A DNA stretch of 64,000 bases from Candidatus Heimdallarchaeum endolithica (GCA_021513715.1 CP084167.1:2464001-2528000), one strand, 5' to 3'; shown: positions 1 through 18,396, counted from the stretch's first letter. Notes: a model not told the origin generated them from the letters alone. Numbers and translations: made by a program.

Positions 1-1
1 T

Positions 2-916
<915 letters not shown>

Positions 917-923
917 GGTGTAG

Positions 924-4736
<3,813 letters not shown>

Positions 4737-4784
4737 TTTCGGTCAATCTTTATATATTTTGACCACCTTTTTTATTTGAAATAT

Positions 4785-6659
4785 ATGCTACCAATTTTGA
4801 ATAGTTTGGAAGTAACGGAAGTTATACCTATATCAGAATCAGCAACAAGAAGGTTCCAGTTTTATGCTGGCATAAATGCAATGGTTGCAGAAAATGCAAA
4901 AGGAAAAACTACTTTGTGTGATATTATCGAACGTTCAATTTGTTCAGATGCTCATGCTCAGCGTTATTCTGCATTTGCAAGAAAAAGAAAAACAAAAGAT
5001 GCATACATCAAAAGCTCTTGGTTAATGGATACTGAAGTGCAAATTCATCAAGCTTTAACTGATGCAGGAGTAAAAACGACAGTATCAGATCGTGGAGGAG
5101 GAAAAAAAACACTTCCAAGACAAGAATATTCTAACTTTCTTAGTAGAAAACTTCATTTAACATTGAATGAATTCCAAGAACTTTTTCAGAGTTTATATTA
5201 CAAAAGAGAAGATGATTTTACTCTCCTGGGAAGAACTGAAGAGACAGATCCACAATTATTAGCTTTTTTTAAGTTACTAAACAAGTTTACTTCTGGTTCT
5301 CCTGATGATATTAGGTTAAGACAAGAAATTAACCAGAAAAAAACAGAGAAAAAAGAACTACAAGATAAATTACGTAAAATCGAGGAAGAAGAAAATAAAA
5401 TCAGAACAGTTATGAATACAATAGGTATTTCAGAGGTAAGTGAAGCCATACTTGATGCCAAATATGATGATTTATCACGAAAAATAACAGAAAAAAGGAG
5501 AGAGCTGGAAAATATCGAAAAAGTGAAAAGCCGTATTGAAGAAGAAATAGACAAAGAAACTGATGAGTTGTATAATGTTAAAGATGAGCACTTTCTTAAT
5601 GCAGTAAAAGAGTTAGAAAAAATAAAATCAGAATTGAGTTTAAAGAAAAAAGAAAGGATTCAAGTACAAAGGGAAATAGCTGCTGCATCAAAAGTAGGTA
5701 ACGAAAAATATGGTTATTTGAAAGAAAAAGTGTCCAGAAAGCCTAAATGTGAATTCTGTGGTACAAATTTAGCTGAGGAATGGAATAATAGACTACAGGT
5801 GGGTTGCCCATTATGTGGGACAGAATGGGCAAAGTTGTCAAGAGAATTAAGGGAAGGATTGTTTGCTGAACCAGAAAAACCTGATACTGCAAGTTTAGAA
5901 TTAAAATTAGAAGAAATCGACATTGAGATAAAAAAATTAGAAAGTGAGATCAGAAATAAGGAAGTAGAAGTTAATGAAGTTAAATCAGCAGAAAGAATAA
6001 TTCAAAATAAGATAATAGAGCTGAAAACTAAATTAAAAATGCGAGAAAAAGAAATAAAAAGTTTAACTCAAACTATTCATTCGCTAACAAATCAACAAAT
6101 ATCAATAAAAACAGAAAAAGAATTTTTAACAACTAAAGTTAATCTACAAGAGTTATTAAGAAAAAAATTGGATTTACAGAAAAGAATAGATGAGAAACAA
6201 GATGAACTTGATGAACTACAAAAACTAGAAAACATATCTCATGAACGAAATCAAATACTAGAAAATTTTCAGCAAGCAACATTGGAAATATTTGGGTACG
6301 GTATGTTAGTCAATCCTAAAGAGATGTCAATAACTTTAATGGTTGACCACTCAACAAGAGCTTATGAAAGTTTGTCAGGAGGAGAAAAATACTTTATAGA
6401 TATATGTTTGAGAATAGCAGTATGGAAGTATCTTTTAAAAAATGGATTTACAAGACAAGGAATGTTAATTATTGATTCACCAGAAAATTCACTAGATAAT
6501 GAAAGACTGGGACTGCTAGCTGAGGTTTTAAACTCTGAAAAAGAAAATTTTCTTTTTATCGTTACAACAAGGAATCAAGAGTTCTACGAAAAATTAGATG
6601 CACAAATAATAGATAGTGGAAAATTCGTTCAAACATCCTTGTTTGACTTTATAAAATAA
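4785..6659 (+). CDS. SMC/Rad50-like coiled-coil ABC ATPase with double CxxC and C-terminal PIP box
   Basis: Walker A AENAKGKTT, long coiled coils, CEFC...CPLC, signature LSGGE, Walker B LIIDSP, C-terminal QTSLFDFI. Confidence 0.8.
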   Translation: MLPILNSLEVTEVIPISESATRRFQFYAGINAMVAENAKGKTTLCDIIERSICSDAHAQRYSAFARKRKTKDAYIKSSWLMDTEVQIHQALTDAGVKTTVSDRGGGKKTLPRQEYSNFLSRKLHLTLNEFQELFQSLYYKREDDFTLLGRTEETDPQLLAFFKLLNKFTSGSPDDIRLRQEINQKKTEKKELQDKLRKIEEEENKIRTVMNTIGISEVSEAILDAKYDDLSRKITEKRRELENIEKVKSRIEEEIDKETDELYNVKDEHFLNAVKELEKIKSELSLKKKERIQVQREIAAASKVGNEKYGYLKEKVSRKPKCEFCGTNLAEEWNNRLQVGCPLCGTEWAKLSRELREGLFAEPEKPDTASLELKLEEIDIEIKKLESEIRNKEVEVNEVKSAERIIQNKIIELKTKLKMREKEIKSLTQTIHSLTNQQISIKTEKEFLTTKVNLQELLRKKLDLQKRIDEKQDELDELQKLENISHERNQILENFQQATLEIFGYGMLVNPKEMSITLMVDHSTRAYESLSGGEKYFIDICLRIAVWKYLLKNGFTRQGMLIIDSPENSLDNERLGLLAEVLNSEKENFLFIVTTRNQEFYEKLDAQIIDSGKFVQTSLFDFIK

Positions 6660-6664
6660 TATTC

Positions 6665-8781
<2,117 letters not shown>

Positions 8782-8815
8782 ATTCTAAACCTATCAGTAA
8801 GTAAGGGTTATTTCA

Positions 8816-11155
8816 GTGTCGATAGAAACTTGCTTAATAGAAGTGTCCGGGATTGTACAAGGAATCGGTTATAGACCATTTGTTTACAGCCTAGCTACAT
8901 CTATAGGTATTAAGGGTACTGTACAAAATTTAGGTGATGCTGGTGTTAGAATCATAGCAGTGGGAACGAGAGATAAAGTAAATTTGTTTATTGAAAAACT
9001 AAAATCTAACAAACCTAAACTTTGTGTATATGATTCCTTTATAGTTAAATGGAATGTGAAACAGAGTACTCTCCCACAAAAATTCGAAATAATAAAAAGT
9101 TCAAACGAAAAATTGGGTGCTGGGTTCTCTTACTTGCCTCCTGATATTGCAATATGTGATCAATGTGTCAATGAGTTATTGCACTCCAATGATATAAGAA
9201 GAAAAGATTACCCATTTAATTCTTGTGTGGATTGCGGGCCTCGCTTTACTGTGATAGACAAGTTGCCTTATGATAGACCAAATACTGTAATGAGAGATTT
9301 TCCTTTTTGCGATGAGTGCTTAAATGACTATTTATCCCCAGATGATAGAAGATTTCATGCTCAAACAACTTGTTGTCACTACTGTGGTCCAAAATATTTA
9401 TTATACGATAAAAATGGAGATGAACTTCCTTATTCTAGTCACAGTGAAATTGTAAAGTTTGTTGCTCAACAAATAGAAGAAGGGAAAATTGTGGCAATTA
9501 AAGGAATAGGTGGAACACACATTGCTTGTTCAACAAAGAATGATAAGGTCTTACTGCGATTAAGAGAAGTGAAAGGAAAAAGAAAATATAAACCATTTGC
9601 TATAATGGCAAAGGATATTGAAAGTATTCTCTCTTTTGCTCATGTAAATGAAAAAGAAAAAGAGTTGCTTGAGAGTTTTAGGAGACCAATAGTGTTGTTA
9701 GATAAAAGTTCTGATTATGATCTATCAGAGTGGGTTTCTCCCAAACTACATAATATTGGGGTAATGTTACCCTATGCAGGCGTTCACTATATGCTTTTTG
9801 AATATTTAAAAGATTCAACTATTGTTATGACGAGTGCAAATCCTTCTAACTATCCAATGTTTATTGAAAATGATGAAATAATTAGTAAACTTCCTTATGT
9901 TGATTTCTTTCTTCTTCACAATAGAACAATATACCAGCGCTGTGATGACTCTGTTCTAAGAATAAATAATATTGACAATAAATACTCAATCAAATTTTTA
10001 AGAAGATCAAGAGGATGGGTTCCTGAACCATTAATAGCTCATGTAGATATAGGAAATAAAACCTTGCTGGCAGTAGGGGGTGAAATGCATCTCATTCCAT
10101 CTTTAATGAAAGGAAATAGAATTATCCCTACTCAGTATATCGGCACTGTTACATTAATGGAAACTCTTGATTTTATGCTTAATGCAATAAAACATTTTAC
10201 TGATCTTTATCAGGTTAAGATTGATTCAATAGCTTATGATCTTCACCCTCAATATATGACTTCTACAAGTATCAATGAAATAAGTGATTTTTTTGGTGCC
10301 AATAGTTACACTGCGTTTCAACATCATAAAGCACATATTGCCAGTGTGGCATTAGAACACCAAATAGACCCTGAAGAGGAAATTTTGGGTCTAGCGATAG
10401 ATGGAACTGGCTATGGTGATGATAAATCAATTTGGGGTGGTGAAATATTTGGGGGAAAAATATATTCGTTAGAACGTGTAGCTCATAATGAACGTTTTTA
10501 TTTACCTGGGGGAGATCTAGCTGTAAAATATCCGTTACGAACACTGCTCTCATTTTTAGTAAAAAATTATACTGATGATGAAATATTTAACATACTCCCT
10601 CAAATTTCTTTACAACATACTTCTGAAGAATCAATAAGATTCGTTTTAGCTCAATTAAGATCAAAAAAACTTCCTTCAACTTTTATTACTTCAAGCACTG
10701 GACGATTCTTGGATGCTGTTAGTTTTTTTCTAAATCTCTGCGCTGAACAGACGTTTGAGGGCGAACCAGCTATCAAGTTAGAAAGTCATGCTTATAATGT
10801 TAAAGAAAAAGAGCCATGTATTGATTTTCAATGGAAAGGAGATGAATTAAACCTCTCTAATATCTTTCCCCAAATTAACGAATATAAAAAATCTTTTTCT
10901 ACACATGCCATTGCTTCTGCAGTCCAAAAGGCATTAGGAAGGAGTTATGGGCTACGATTAAATGAATATGCAGAAGAAAGAGGCGTTGATAAAGTTTTAA
11001 TTTCTGGTGGAGTATCTTTTAATCAAATTATCACTAAGAATATAGTTGAGGAAATTAATACAAAGCGTATTAGTGTATTCTTTAATGAAAAAGTTTCTCC
11101 TGGGGATGGAGGGATATCAGTTGGACAACTTTACCTTTTGTCTCTAAGATATTAA
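8816..11155 (+). CDS. hypF: Carbamoyltransferase HypF
   Basis: Acylphosphatase domain GIVQGIGYRPFVY, Zn fingers, KGIGG, QHHKAH, DGTGYG, PGDGGISVGQ. Confidence 0.97.
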   Translation: MSIETCLIEVSGIVQGIGYRPFVYSLATSIGIKGTVQNLGDAGVRIIAVGTRDKVNLFIEKLKSNKPKLCVYDSFIVKWNVKQSTLPQKFEIIKSSNEKLGAGFSYLPPDIAICDQCVNELLHSNDIRRKDYPFNSCVDCGPRFTVIDKLPYDRPNTVMRDFPFCDECLNDYLSPDDRRFHAQTTCCHYCGPKYLLYDKNGDELPYSSHSEIVKFVAQQIEEGKIVAIKGIGGTHIACSTKNDKVLLRLREVKGKRKYKPFAIMAKDIESILSFAHVNEKEKELLESFRRPIVLLDKSSDYDLSEWVSPKLHNIGVMLPYAGVHYMLFEYLKDSTIVMTSANPSNYPMFIENDEIISKLPYVDFFLLHNRTIYQRCDDSVLRINNIDNKYSIKFLRRSRGWVPEPLIAHVDIGNKTLLAVGGEMHLIPSLMKGNRIIPTQYIGTVTLMETLDFMLNAIKHFTDLYQVKIDSIAYDLHPQYMTSTSINEISDFFGANSYTAFQHHKAHIASVALEHQIDPEEEILGLAIDGTGYGDDKSIWGGEIFGGKIYSLERVAHNERFYLPGGDLAVKYPLRTLLSFLVKNYTDDEIFNILPQISLQHTSEESIRFVLAQLRSKKLPSTFITSSTGRFLDAVSFFLNLCAEQTFEGEPAIKLESHAYNVKEKEPCIDFQWKGDELNLSNIFPQINEYKKSFSTHAIASAVQKALGRSYGLRLNEYAEERGVDKVLISGGVSFNQIITKNIVEEINTKRISVFFNEKVSPGDGGISVGQLYLLSLRY

Positions 11156-11259
11156 ATATAAATTTGCCTTATTTTTTCTCCAGAATATGGATATTGCATT
11201 ATTTTTAATTTAGAGTTAAGTTTTTTTTTACGTTTTCACTTCAGTGTGCTAGCTTCTCC

Positions 11260-11279
11260 CACAAGAAAGGTTTTAAACA
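11260..11279 (+). promoter_or_regulatory. BRE-TATA promoter of the hydrogenase membrane-arm operon
   Basis: CACAAGAAAGGTTTTAAACA, identical to the reverse complement of 21277-21296. Confidence 0.7.
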
Positions 11280-11314
11280 TAAACTTATTGTTCGTTACAT
11301 ATCACACACAAAAA

Positions 11315-11336
11315 GTAACAAATAGTAGTTTGTTAC
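11315..11336. promoter_or_regulatory. Palindromic putative operator
   Basis: GTAACAAA-N6-TTTGTTAC between the TATA box and the GGAGG ribosome-binding site. Confidence 0.5.
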
Positions 11337-11366
11337 AAAAGGAAATAGGATCCTAAGGAGGATTAA

Positions 11367-12374
<1,008 letters not shown>

Positions 12375-12385
12375 GAGTGATTGTT

Positions 12386-12787
12386 ATGGAAGAATGGATA
12401 GCTTTACTTTTTGATATAGGTCTTGGAGCTCTGGTTGTATTATTAATTTATGCAATCAGCTGGAAAGTTAGAAAAATCTTGGGTTCTCAACCTGAGAAAC
12501 AGAGTAAGAAGAAAAGGCAACTGTTCCAAAGTGGGGATGCAATAGAAGCAAAACCACGTCGAATGTATATTGACACATATGTCTTTATTGCTTACTTTGT
12601 GTTATTTGATGTTGCTGCTTTTATTCTTGCAACAGTGTTCTTTATCACAAAAGCCAACCCCAATTACACCGATAGTATCACTCTTGCTTTAGTATATTCT
12701 TCAATCGTTCTTGCTACACTATTGTTTGCAATGAAAAAGAGGTATCCTAGAGATGTGATTGACCCTATTAATGGAGGATTGAAATAA
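12386..12787 (+). CDS. NuoA-like membrane subunit
   Basis: Three TM segments, K...FQSG loop and FVLFDV motif. Confidence 0.75.
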   Translation: MEEWIALLFDIGLGALVVLLIYAISWKVRKILGSQPEKQSKKKRQLFQSGDAIEAKPRRMYIDTYVFIAYFVLFDVAAFILATVFFITKANPNYTDSITLALVYSSIVLATLLFAMKKRYPRDVIDPINGGLK

Positions 12788-13303
12788 ATGAGTCTAGTAG
12801 TACCTATTGTAATTTTTATGTCATTAGCAATAATATCTGCTATTGTCGCTCTCGAAACCAAACATTTGATGATTTCTATAATCAGTTTAATACTCATGAA
12901 TATCTTTGTTTGGGCAGTTTTCATGTTTTTCCATGCAGATTTACTCGCTTGGATACAACTAATTGTCTATGGTGGTGGGTTAACAGCACTATTCTTAGTT
13001 GTAGTAGTTTTAACTGAAAAACAAACAGATGAGATGTTCGATTGGAAGAAAACAACTTTTGCTGCTTTGTTCTCTGGGTTGATTGTGGGCATCCTAATAG
13101 GTGTTTTTCTTGTTTTTGATGAAACAAAACTCACCTTTACTGGACGCGTAACCTCGCCTGCAGGAGCAATGTCAGAAATGTGGGTCAACCGTCCAACTGA
13201 TTTAATTATTCAAGCATTGCTTTTCTTTGCAACTGCAGTAGCAATTGGAGCTTTATTTGTAAAACATAAAACAGATTCTCGTAAGGAGGAGATAAAATCA
13301 TGA
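12788..13303 (+). CDS. NuoJ-like membrane subunit
   Basis: ADLLAWIQLIVYGGGLTALFL matches the NuoJ QxxVYxG motif. Confidence 0.8.
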   Translation: MSLVVPIVIFMSLAIISAIVALETKHLMISIISLILMNIFVWAVFMFFHADLLAWIQLIVYGGGLTALFLVVVVLTEKQTDEMFDWKKTTFAALFSGLIVGILIGVFLVFDETKLTFTGRVTSPAGAMSEMWVNRPTDLIIQALLFFATAVAIGALFVKHKTDSRKEEIKS

Positions 13304-13614
13304 TGGATCAAATACTTTTACTCATATTCGCTACAATCCTATTCGGTGTTGGATTATATGCGCTATTAGGAAAGAGAAACATCATTAAAATACTGATGGG
13401 AATAGAAATAATGACTGTAGCTGTAAATATAGTCTTTATTGCTTTAGGAACAGATCTAGACAATAGAACCTTCAACCAATTTACAATTGTCTTTCCTCTG
13501 ATATCGTTGGCAGTAGGGGCTGCAGTTATGGCACTTGGTCTAGCCATTGTAATTAATAACTACCGTCACGTGAAAAGCGTAGACGCAGATGAAATGGCTA
13601 CTTTAAAGAGGTGA
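13300..13614 (+). CDS. NuoK/MrpC-like membrane subunit
   Basis: GLYALLGKRNIIKILMGIEIM; LAVGAAVMALGLAIVI. Confidence 0.88.
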   Translation: MMDQILLLIFATILFGVGLYALLGKRNIIKILMGIEIMTVAVNIVFIALGTDLDNRTFNQFTIVFPLISLAVGAAVMALGLAIVINNYRHVKSVDADEMATLKR

Positions 13615-13619
13615 TATGA

Positions 13620-15413
13620 ATGGAAGCAATTTACTTACTAACAATAATAGCGGTTTTAACTCCTTTATTCGGAGCTTTTGCAAGTTTACTTCTTAAGAAA
13701 TGGCAAATGATAAGAGATGTTTTTGGAGTACTAACTATAGGCATATCAGCAATAATGTCTATTGCTGTATTTATTATGTTTGAGGAGCCAGGAAGTTTGG
13801 ACTTTTGGTGGTTTAATTTCATCTGGCCAAGTAATCTATCTGTAGGTTTTTATTTAGATGGCTTATCAGTAATGATGCTTTTGATTGTTTCTATCCTAAG
13901 CATGCTAATAGCTTTCTTCTCTTTAGAATATATGGGCGGAGACAAATACAAAGATAGATATTGGTTCTTTATGCAATTATTTGTGAGTGGAATGCTACTT
14001 CTAGTAGTAGCTCATGATATGGTACTCCTATTCGCTGGCTGGGAAATTGTAGGATTGTGCTCTTGTTTCCTTATAGCTCATCATTTCATGAAAGAAGGAG
14101 AAGAGGGAAAGAAACCTGCATTAAGTGGTATCAAAGCTCTTATTATGACTGGAATTGGAGATATTGGTCTACTTGTATTCCTTGCTTGGTTATTTTATCA
14201 AACTAATAGTTTACTTATTCCAAGGACTGAAATCAATGGTTCTAATGCTGTAATGAGTATTTTTCTTATCCTTGCACCATTATCTAAATCTGCTCAGTTT
14301 CCACTCCAATCTTGGCTTAGTTCTGGAGATACAATTGATATTGATGCAATGCAAGGTCCAACAACTGTTTCTGCCTTAATCCATGCAGCTACAATGGTTA
14401 AAGCTGGTGTATATCTAGTTGCAAGATTTACTCCTGCATGGAATGAGAAGGTCTTCTATGTCCTTCTAATGGTACTTGCAGGTATTTCTTGTGTTGGTGC
14501 TGCATTTGGTGCCTTAGTAACTACAGACCTAAAGAGAGTGCTCGCATATTCTACAATCTCGCAACTTTCCTATATGTTCCTTGCTTTATCAATGAGAGAG
14601 GGTGAAGTGGGACTCAGTGCTGGAGAACTACATCTATTTTCTCATGCAATATTCAAAGCACTACTGTTCTTATCTGCAGGAGCAATAATTCACTCTGTAG
14701 CTGAGGAGCGGGATATTAAAAAAATGGGTGGATTAAGAACTGAATTACCTTGGATCTATTGGTTTATGCTAATAGGTGTTTTAGGATTAATGGGTATTCC
14801 ATTCATCACAAATGGAGGTTACTCTAAAGAGCTTATTATAGGAACTGCATTGGAAAATGGATATTGGTTCGTGTTTGTAATTACAGTTTTAACTGCACTA
14901 CTAACTGCTTTATACTCTACAAGGATGTTCCTCATGATCTTTCATGGAAAAAACAGAGGTGCTCATGTTCATAAACCAAAGTGGATTATGCGTACTACTC
15001 TTGGAATCCTAGCTTTTCTAGTTGTTTTCACTGGTTTCACAGTTGAAGGAGTATTCAGTGATTTCCTAGAGAACAATGAAAAGAGTTTTGGTAATCCTTT
15101 CCACATTAATGGTGCAGCTTTAGGAAGCGCACTAGGTGCTGTTGTGCTTGGAATTGTAATCGCCTACTTGTTGTACGGAAAAGGACAAACAGAAGTGGCA
15201 ATATTTGAGCAAAATAAGGTATTAAGAGCTTTAAGAACATTCGTTGCTGAAGGCTTTTACATAGATCATCTCTATAACCTTGTTATTGTTAAACCCGCTT
15301 TCTGGATTGGAAAGCAACTTAGTTATCTAAAAACAGGTAAAATTAATTGGAATATGATCTTTGGAAGCCTTGTAAGCATAGGTGTGCTCGTTATAACGGT
15401 GGTGATTGTCTAA
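13620..15413 (+). CDS. NuoL/MrpA-like antiporter subunit
   Basis: GWEIVGLCS, KSAQFPLQSWL, AMQGPTTVSALIHAATMVKAG, HAIFKALLFL, and a C-terminal lateral helix. Confidence 0.93.
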   Translation: MEAIYLLTIIAVLTPLFGAFASLLLKKWQMIRDVFGVLTIGISAIMSIAVFIMFEEPGSLDFWWFNFIWPSNLSVGFYLDGLSVMMLLIVSILSMLIAFFSLEYMGGDKYKDRYWFFMQLFVSGMLLLVVAHDMVLLFAGWEIVGLCSCFLIAHHFMKEGEEGKKPALSGIKALIMTGIGDIGLLVFLAWLFYQTNSLLIPRTEINGSNAVMSIFLILAPLSKSAQFPLQSWLSSGDTIDIDAMQGPTTVSALIHAATMVKAGVYLVARFTPAWNEKVFYVLLMVLAGISCVGAAFGALVTTDLKRVLAYSTISQLSYMFLALSMREGEVGLSAGELHLFSHAIFKALLFLSAGAIIHSVAEERDIKKMGGLRTELPWIYWFMLIGVLGLMGIPFITNGGYSKELIIGTALENGYWFVFVITVLTALLTALYSTRMFLMIFHGKNRGAHVHKPKWIMRTTLGILAFLVVFTGFTVEGVFSDFLENNEKSFGNPFHINGAALGSALGAVVLGIVIAYLLYGKGQTEVAIFEQNKVLRALRTFVAEGFYIDHLYNLVIVKPAFWIGKQLSYLKTGKINWNMIFGSLVSIGVLVITVVIV

Positions 15414-16909
15414 TGAATACAATACTCTCTCTAATCTTAATTGTTCCAATTGTAGGAGCAGCATTGTTGGTTTTATTCGAACAATTTAGAAACTTCATAG
15501 TTAAAATGAAAATAAACCCTGATTTCCTTCAACATATTTTCGCAAATCTTACAGCACTTACAGTGTTAGTATTAGGAATTTATTCTATCTTTGACAACAG
15601 TTTGTGGAATTTAAATACTACTTCTGATTCTTTGCTTAAGTTCGGAGAATTGGAGGCTATTCTTGTATCCATCTTTGCTTTCCTTGTATGGATGGCTGTG
15701 CTATTTAGTGTCGACTACATGAAAGATAAAAAAGCGTTAGGTAATTACTATGGACTAATATTCACCCTGCTAACTGGATTAAGTTCTGTAGTATTAGCAA
15801 GTAACTACTTTACCTTATTTATTGGTTGGGAACTATTCGGTCTAAGTGGATACGCATTAGTTGCATTTGATAGAGAAAAAAGAGGAGCTGTTGAAGCAAG
15901 TCTAAAATATTTCATAATGAGTACTGCAGGAAGCATGTTCATTATCTTAGCTACAGCATTAACTTATGGAGTATATGGTTCTGTGAGTTTTGATACTTTG
16001 CATGGCATATCAAAAGAAGGACCAATGGCTGGTCTGATTGTGGCTCTTTATGTTACAGGCTTTGGAGTAACAGCAGCAATGTTATTACTAAATGCATGGC
16101 TACCTGATGCCCATAGTAACGCACCTTCAACAATTTCAGCTTTACTCTCCGGAATAGTAGTAAAAGCTGGTGCTTTTGGTATTTATAGGACACTCTATTG
16201 GGCTTTTAGTGGTACAGGAAATAACTTATTGTCTAATACTTCTCTTGTAATCTCTTGGCTTGCAATTTTGACAATGGTTGACGGTAACTTCCTCGTTTTT
16301 GCACAATTTAAACGAGAAGATATCATTGACCTAAAGCGTATCCTAGCTTATTCTACAACAGTACATCTCGGTTTTGTTGTTTTAGGATTAGGAAGTGGAA
16401 CTAGTGTAGGTTTAACTTCTTCATTCTTGCACATTATAACTCATTCATTAGGAAAAGGGATGCTGTTCTTGCTCAGTGGTTTGCTCATTTCTGTGGCTAG
16501 TTCAAGAGATGTTAGAGATATGCAAGGAATAGGAAGACAAAAACCATTTTTAGGTATTATTCTAACAATTGGTCTATTATCCTTAGGTGGTATTCCAATA
16601 ACTGGAGGATTTGTTTCCAAATTGCTTATCTTCGTCGCTACTCTAAATGGTAACCATTCATACGCTATGAACATTGTACTTGTGACTTTTGCAGGAATTA
16701 ATGCAGTTCTTGCACTTGGAGGATACCTTTTGTTACTTAAATACATAGTATTTGATGAGCCTAAAGAAGAAAAGAAAGAAATCAAAGTACCAATCTATGA
16801 AGGAATTGTTCTGTCCATAATCGCAATTGTCATTATGTTCATAGGATTGTGGCCAGAAAAACTAATAGAATTAATTAGAGATGCAGTTAACGCGTTAAAT
16901 CTCTTCTAA
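15413..16909 (+). CDS. NuoN/MrpD-like antiporter subunit
   Basis: FIGWEL, EASLKYF, WLPDAHSNAPSTISALLSG, LKRILAYST. ATG overlaps the stop codon of the previous gene. Confidence 0.9.
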   Translation: MNTILSLILIVPIVGAALLVLFEQFRNFIVKMKINPDFLQHIFANLTALTVLVLGIYSIFDNSLWNLNTTSDSLLKFGELEAILVSIFAFLVWMAVLFSVDYMKDKKALGNYYGLIFTLLTGLSSVVLASNYFTLFIGWELFGLSGYALVAFDREKRGAVEASLKYFIMSTAGSMFIILATALTYGVYGSVSFDTLHGISKEGPMAGLIVALYVTGFGVTAAMLLLNAWLPDAHSNAPSTISALLSGIVVKAGAFGIYRTLYWAFSGTGNNLLSNTSLVISWLAILTMVDGNFLVFAQFKREDIIDLKRILAYSTTVHLGFVVLGLGSGTSVGLTSSFLHIITHSLGKGMLFLLSGLLISVASSRDVRDMQGIGRQKPFLGIILTIGLLSLGGIPITGGFVSKLLIFVATLNGNHSYAMNIVLVTFAGINAVLALGGYLLLLKYIVFDEPKEEKKEIKVPIYEGIVLSIIAIVIMFIGLWPEKLIELIRDAVNALNLF

Positions 16910-17023
16910 TACACTTCTATTTTTCTTTTTTTACATAATTTTTAATTAAACAAATTCCTTTTTTTAGAGAAAAAATAAATAATGTGAAGTTTTATTTTAT
17001 TTATTGAATTTAAAGGAGATAGT

Positions 17024-17797
17024 ATGACACTCAAACTTATTGGAACTAGAAAAAAAGGGAAAAAAGTAATTTTTAAAATAAAAGAACAAGAAAAAATAAT
17101 TTCTCTTAGAGATAAGAATCTGTCGCACATTGATCTTTCACCTTTAGAAAATAATGAAAGTATAACTCATTTACAATTAGAATGTAATAAAATTACAGAT
17201 ATTGACCTTTCCCCCTTATCTTCGTGTAAAAATCTAAGTCAACTGTGGTTAAGCGGCAATCAACTTAAGGAGCTAAATTTAAAACCTTTGGCTAATTGTG
17301 ATTCTTTCTCAACTTTAATTCTAGCTAATAATATATTAGAAAATATAGATTTATCTCCTTTATCAAAGTGCCAGCACCTATCTTTTGTAATAGTTAATCG
17401 AAATACTTTAACCTCTGTAGACTTGTCCCCACTAAAAAATAATAAGAGACTATATCACCTTAATTTTTCTAATAATTTGTTAGAAGAAATAGATTTAAGT
17501 CCACTAAGTGCGTGTAATTTAACTAAACTTAATCTGTCCAATAATCAACTGTCAACAATTGATCTTTCTCCCCTTAAAGGTTGTAAGAAGTTAGATGAAC
17601 TGTGGTTAATGTTCAATAATTTTAAAGAAGTGGATTTATCTCCTCTTATTGAGTGTAGCAATTTGATTAATTTTAATTTGGATCCTGATGCTTCGATAAT
17701 TTGGGAAAACATTTCTCTAAAGATAGAAGAACTTCCTGAAGGAATACAGAAGCATATTAAAAAAGTAGAAAGATATTATGTTAAAAGAAAAAATTAG
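17024..17797 (+). CDS. Leucine-rich repeat protein
   Basis: About 8 repeats of IDLSPL..CxxLxxLxLxxNxL. Confidence 0.9.
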   Translation: MTLKLIGTRKKGKKVIFKIKEQEKIISLRDKNLSHIDLSPLENNESITHLQLECNKITDIDLSPLSSCKNLSQLWLSGNQLKELNLKPLANCDSFSTLILANNILENIDLSPLSKCQHLSFVIVNRNTLTSVDLSPLKNNKRLYHLNFSNNLLEEIDLSPLSACNLTKLNLSNNQLSTIDLSPLKGCKKLDELWLMFNNFKEVDLSPLIECSNLINFNLDPDASIIWENISLKIEELPEGIQKHIKKVERYYVKRKN

Positions 17798-17847
17798 AAA
17801 AAAAGATTCCTTATTTATGGTGTTCTAAAAAAAAATTTATCTATCTT

Positions 17848-18396
17848 ATGCTAATGTTGAACAAAATGGATAGTTTCTCAATTGAAGATTTTAACGAAGA
17901 ATTCTTGGAAAAAATCAGATCTTTTTTACAAGGTGTAAAAACTCTAGCAATACTAGGTGTTGGAAATGAGGACAATGGTGATGATGCTGTTGGGTTGAAG
18001 GTTATAGACATTTTAGAAGAAAAAACACTACCTAATTGGGTAAAATTGTATTATTGCGAAAGAGTTCCTGAACATTTTATAGGAAAATTAGACAAATTAA
18101 AACCAAATAGAATTATTGTTATTGATGCAGCAGATATGAAAGACTCACCTGGTGTTATAGCCATATTCCCAAAGGAAATTATATCTAAAGAGTATAACTT
18201 TAGTACCCATACTTTATCACTTACAATGCTTGAAGAATTTCTAAGTTACACGATAAAAGATTTAGATATTCTTTATGTCGGAATTCAGCCAAAATATACG
18301 GTTTTTGAGTCCCCTTTAAGTGAAGAATGTTTTAAATCTGCAATTGAGCTGTCAAATTTGCTGTATTTTATTATTATTGAGAATGAACAAAACTAA
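17848..18396 (+). CDS. hycI: Hydrogenase maturation endopeptidase, HycI type
   Basis: LGVGNEDNGDDAVG, IVIDAAD, FSTHTLSL, GIQP. Confidence 0.9.
   Translation: MLMLNKMDSFSIEDFNEEFLEKIRSFLQGVKTLAILGVGNEDNGDDAVGLKVIDILEEKTLPNWVKLYYCERVPEHFIGKLDKLKPNRIIVIDAADMKDSPGVIAIFPKEIISKEYNFSTHTLSLTMLEEFLSYTIKDLDILYVGIQPKYTVFESPLSEECFKSAIELSNLLYFIIIENEQN

Noticed and set aside
4785-6659. Canonical Rad50 or condensin Smc
   Set aside because: Too short, no hinge domain, no mre11 or scpAB neighbours, and altered Walker B and H-loop.
15347-15412. N-terminal extension of the NuoN-like ORF
   Set aside because: It overlaps the NuoL-like gene. The ATG at 15413, coupled to the upstream stop and preceded by GGTGA, is the more plausible start.
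17100-17700. CRISPR-like or tandem DNA repeats
   Set aside because: The periodicity comes from LRR codons. No CRISPR array or cas genes were seen in the window.
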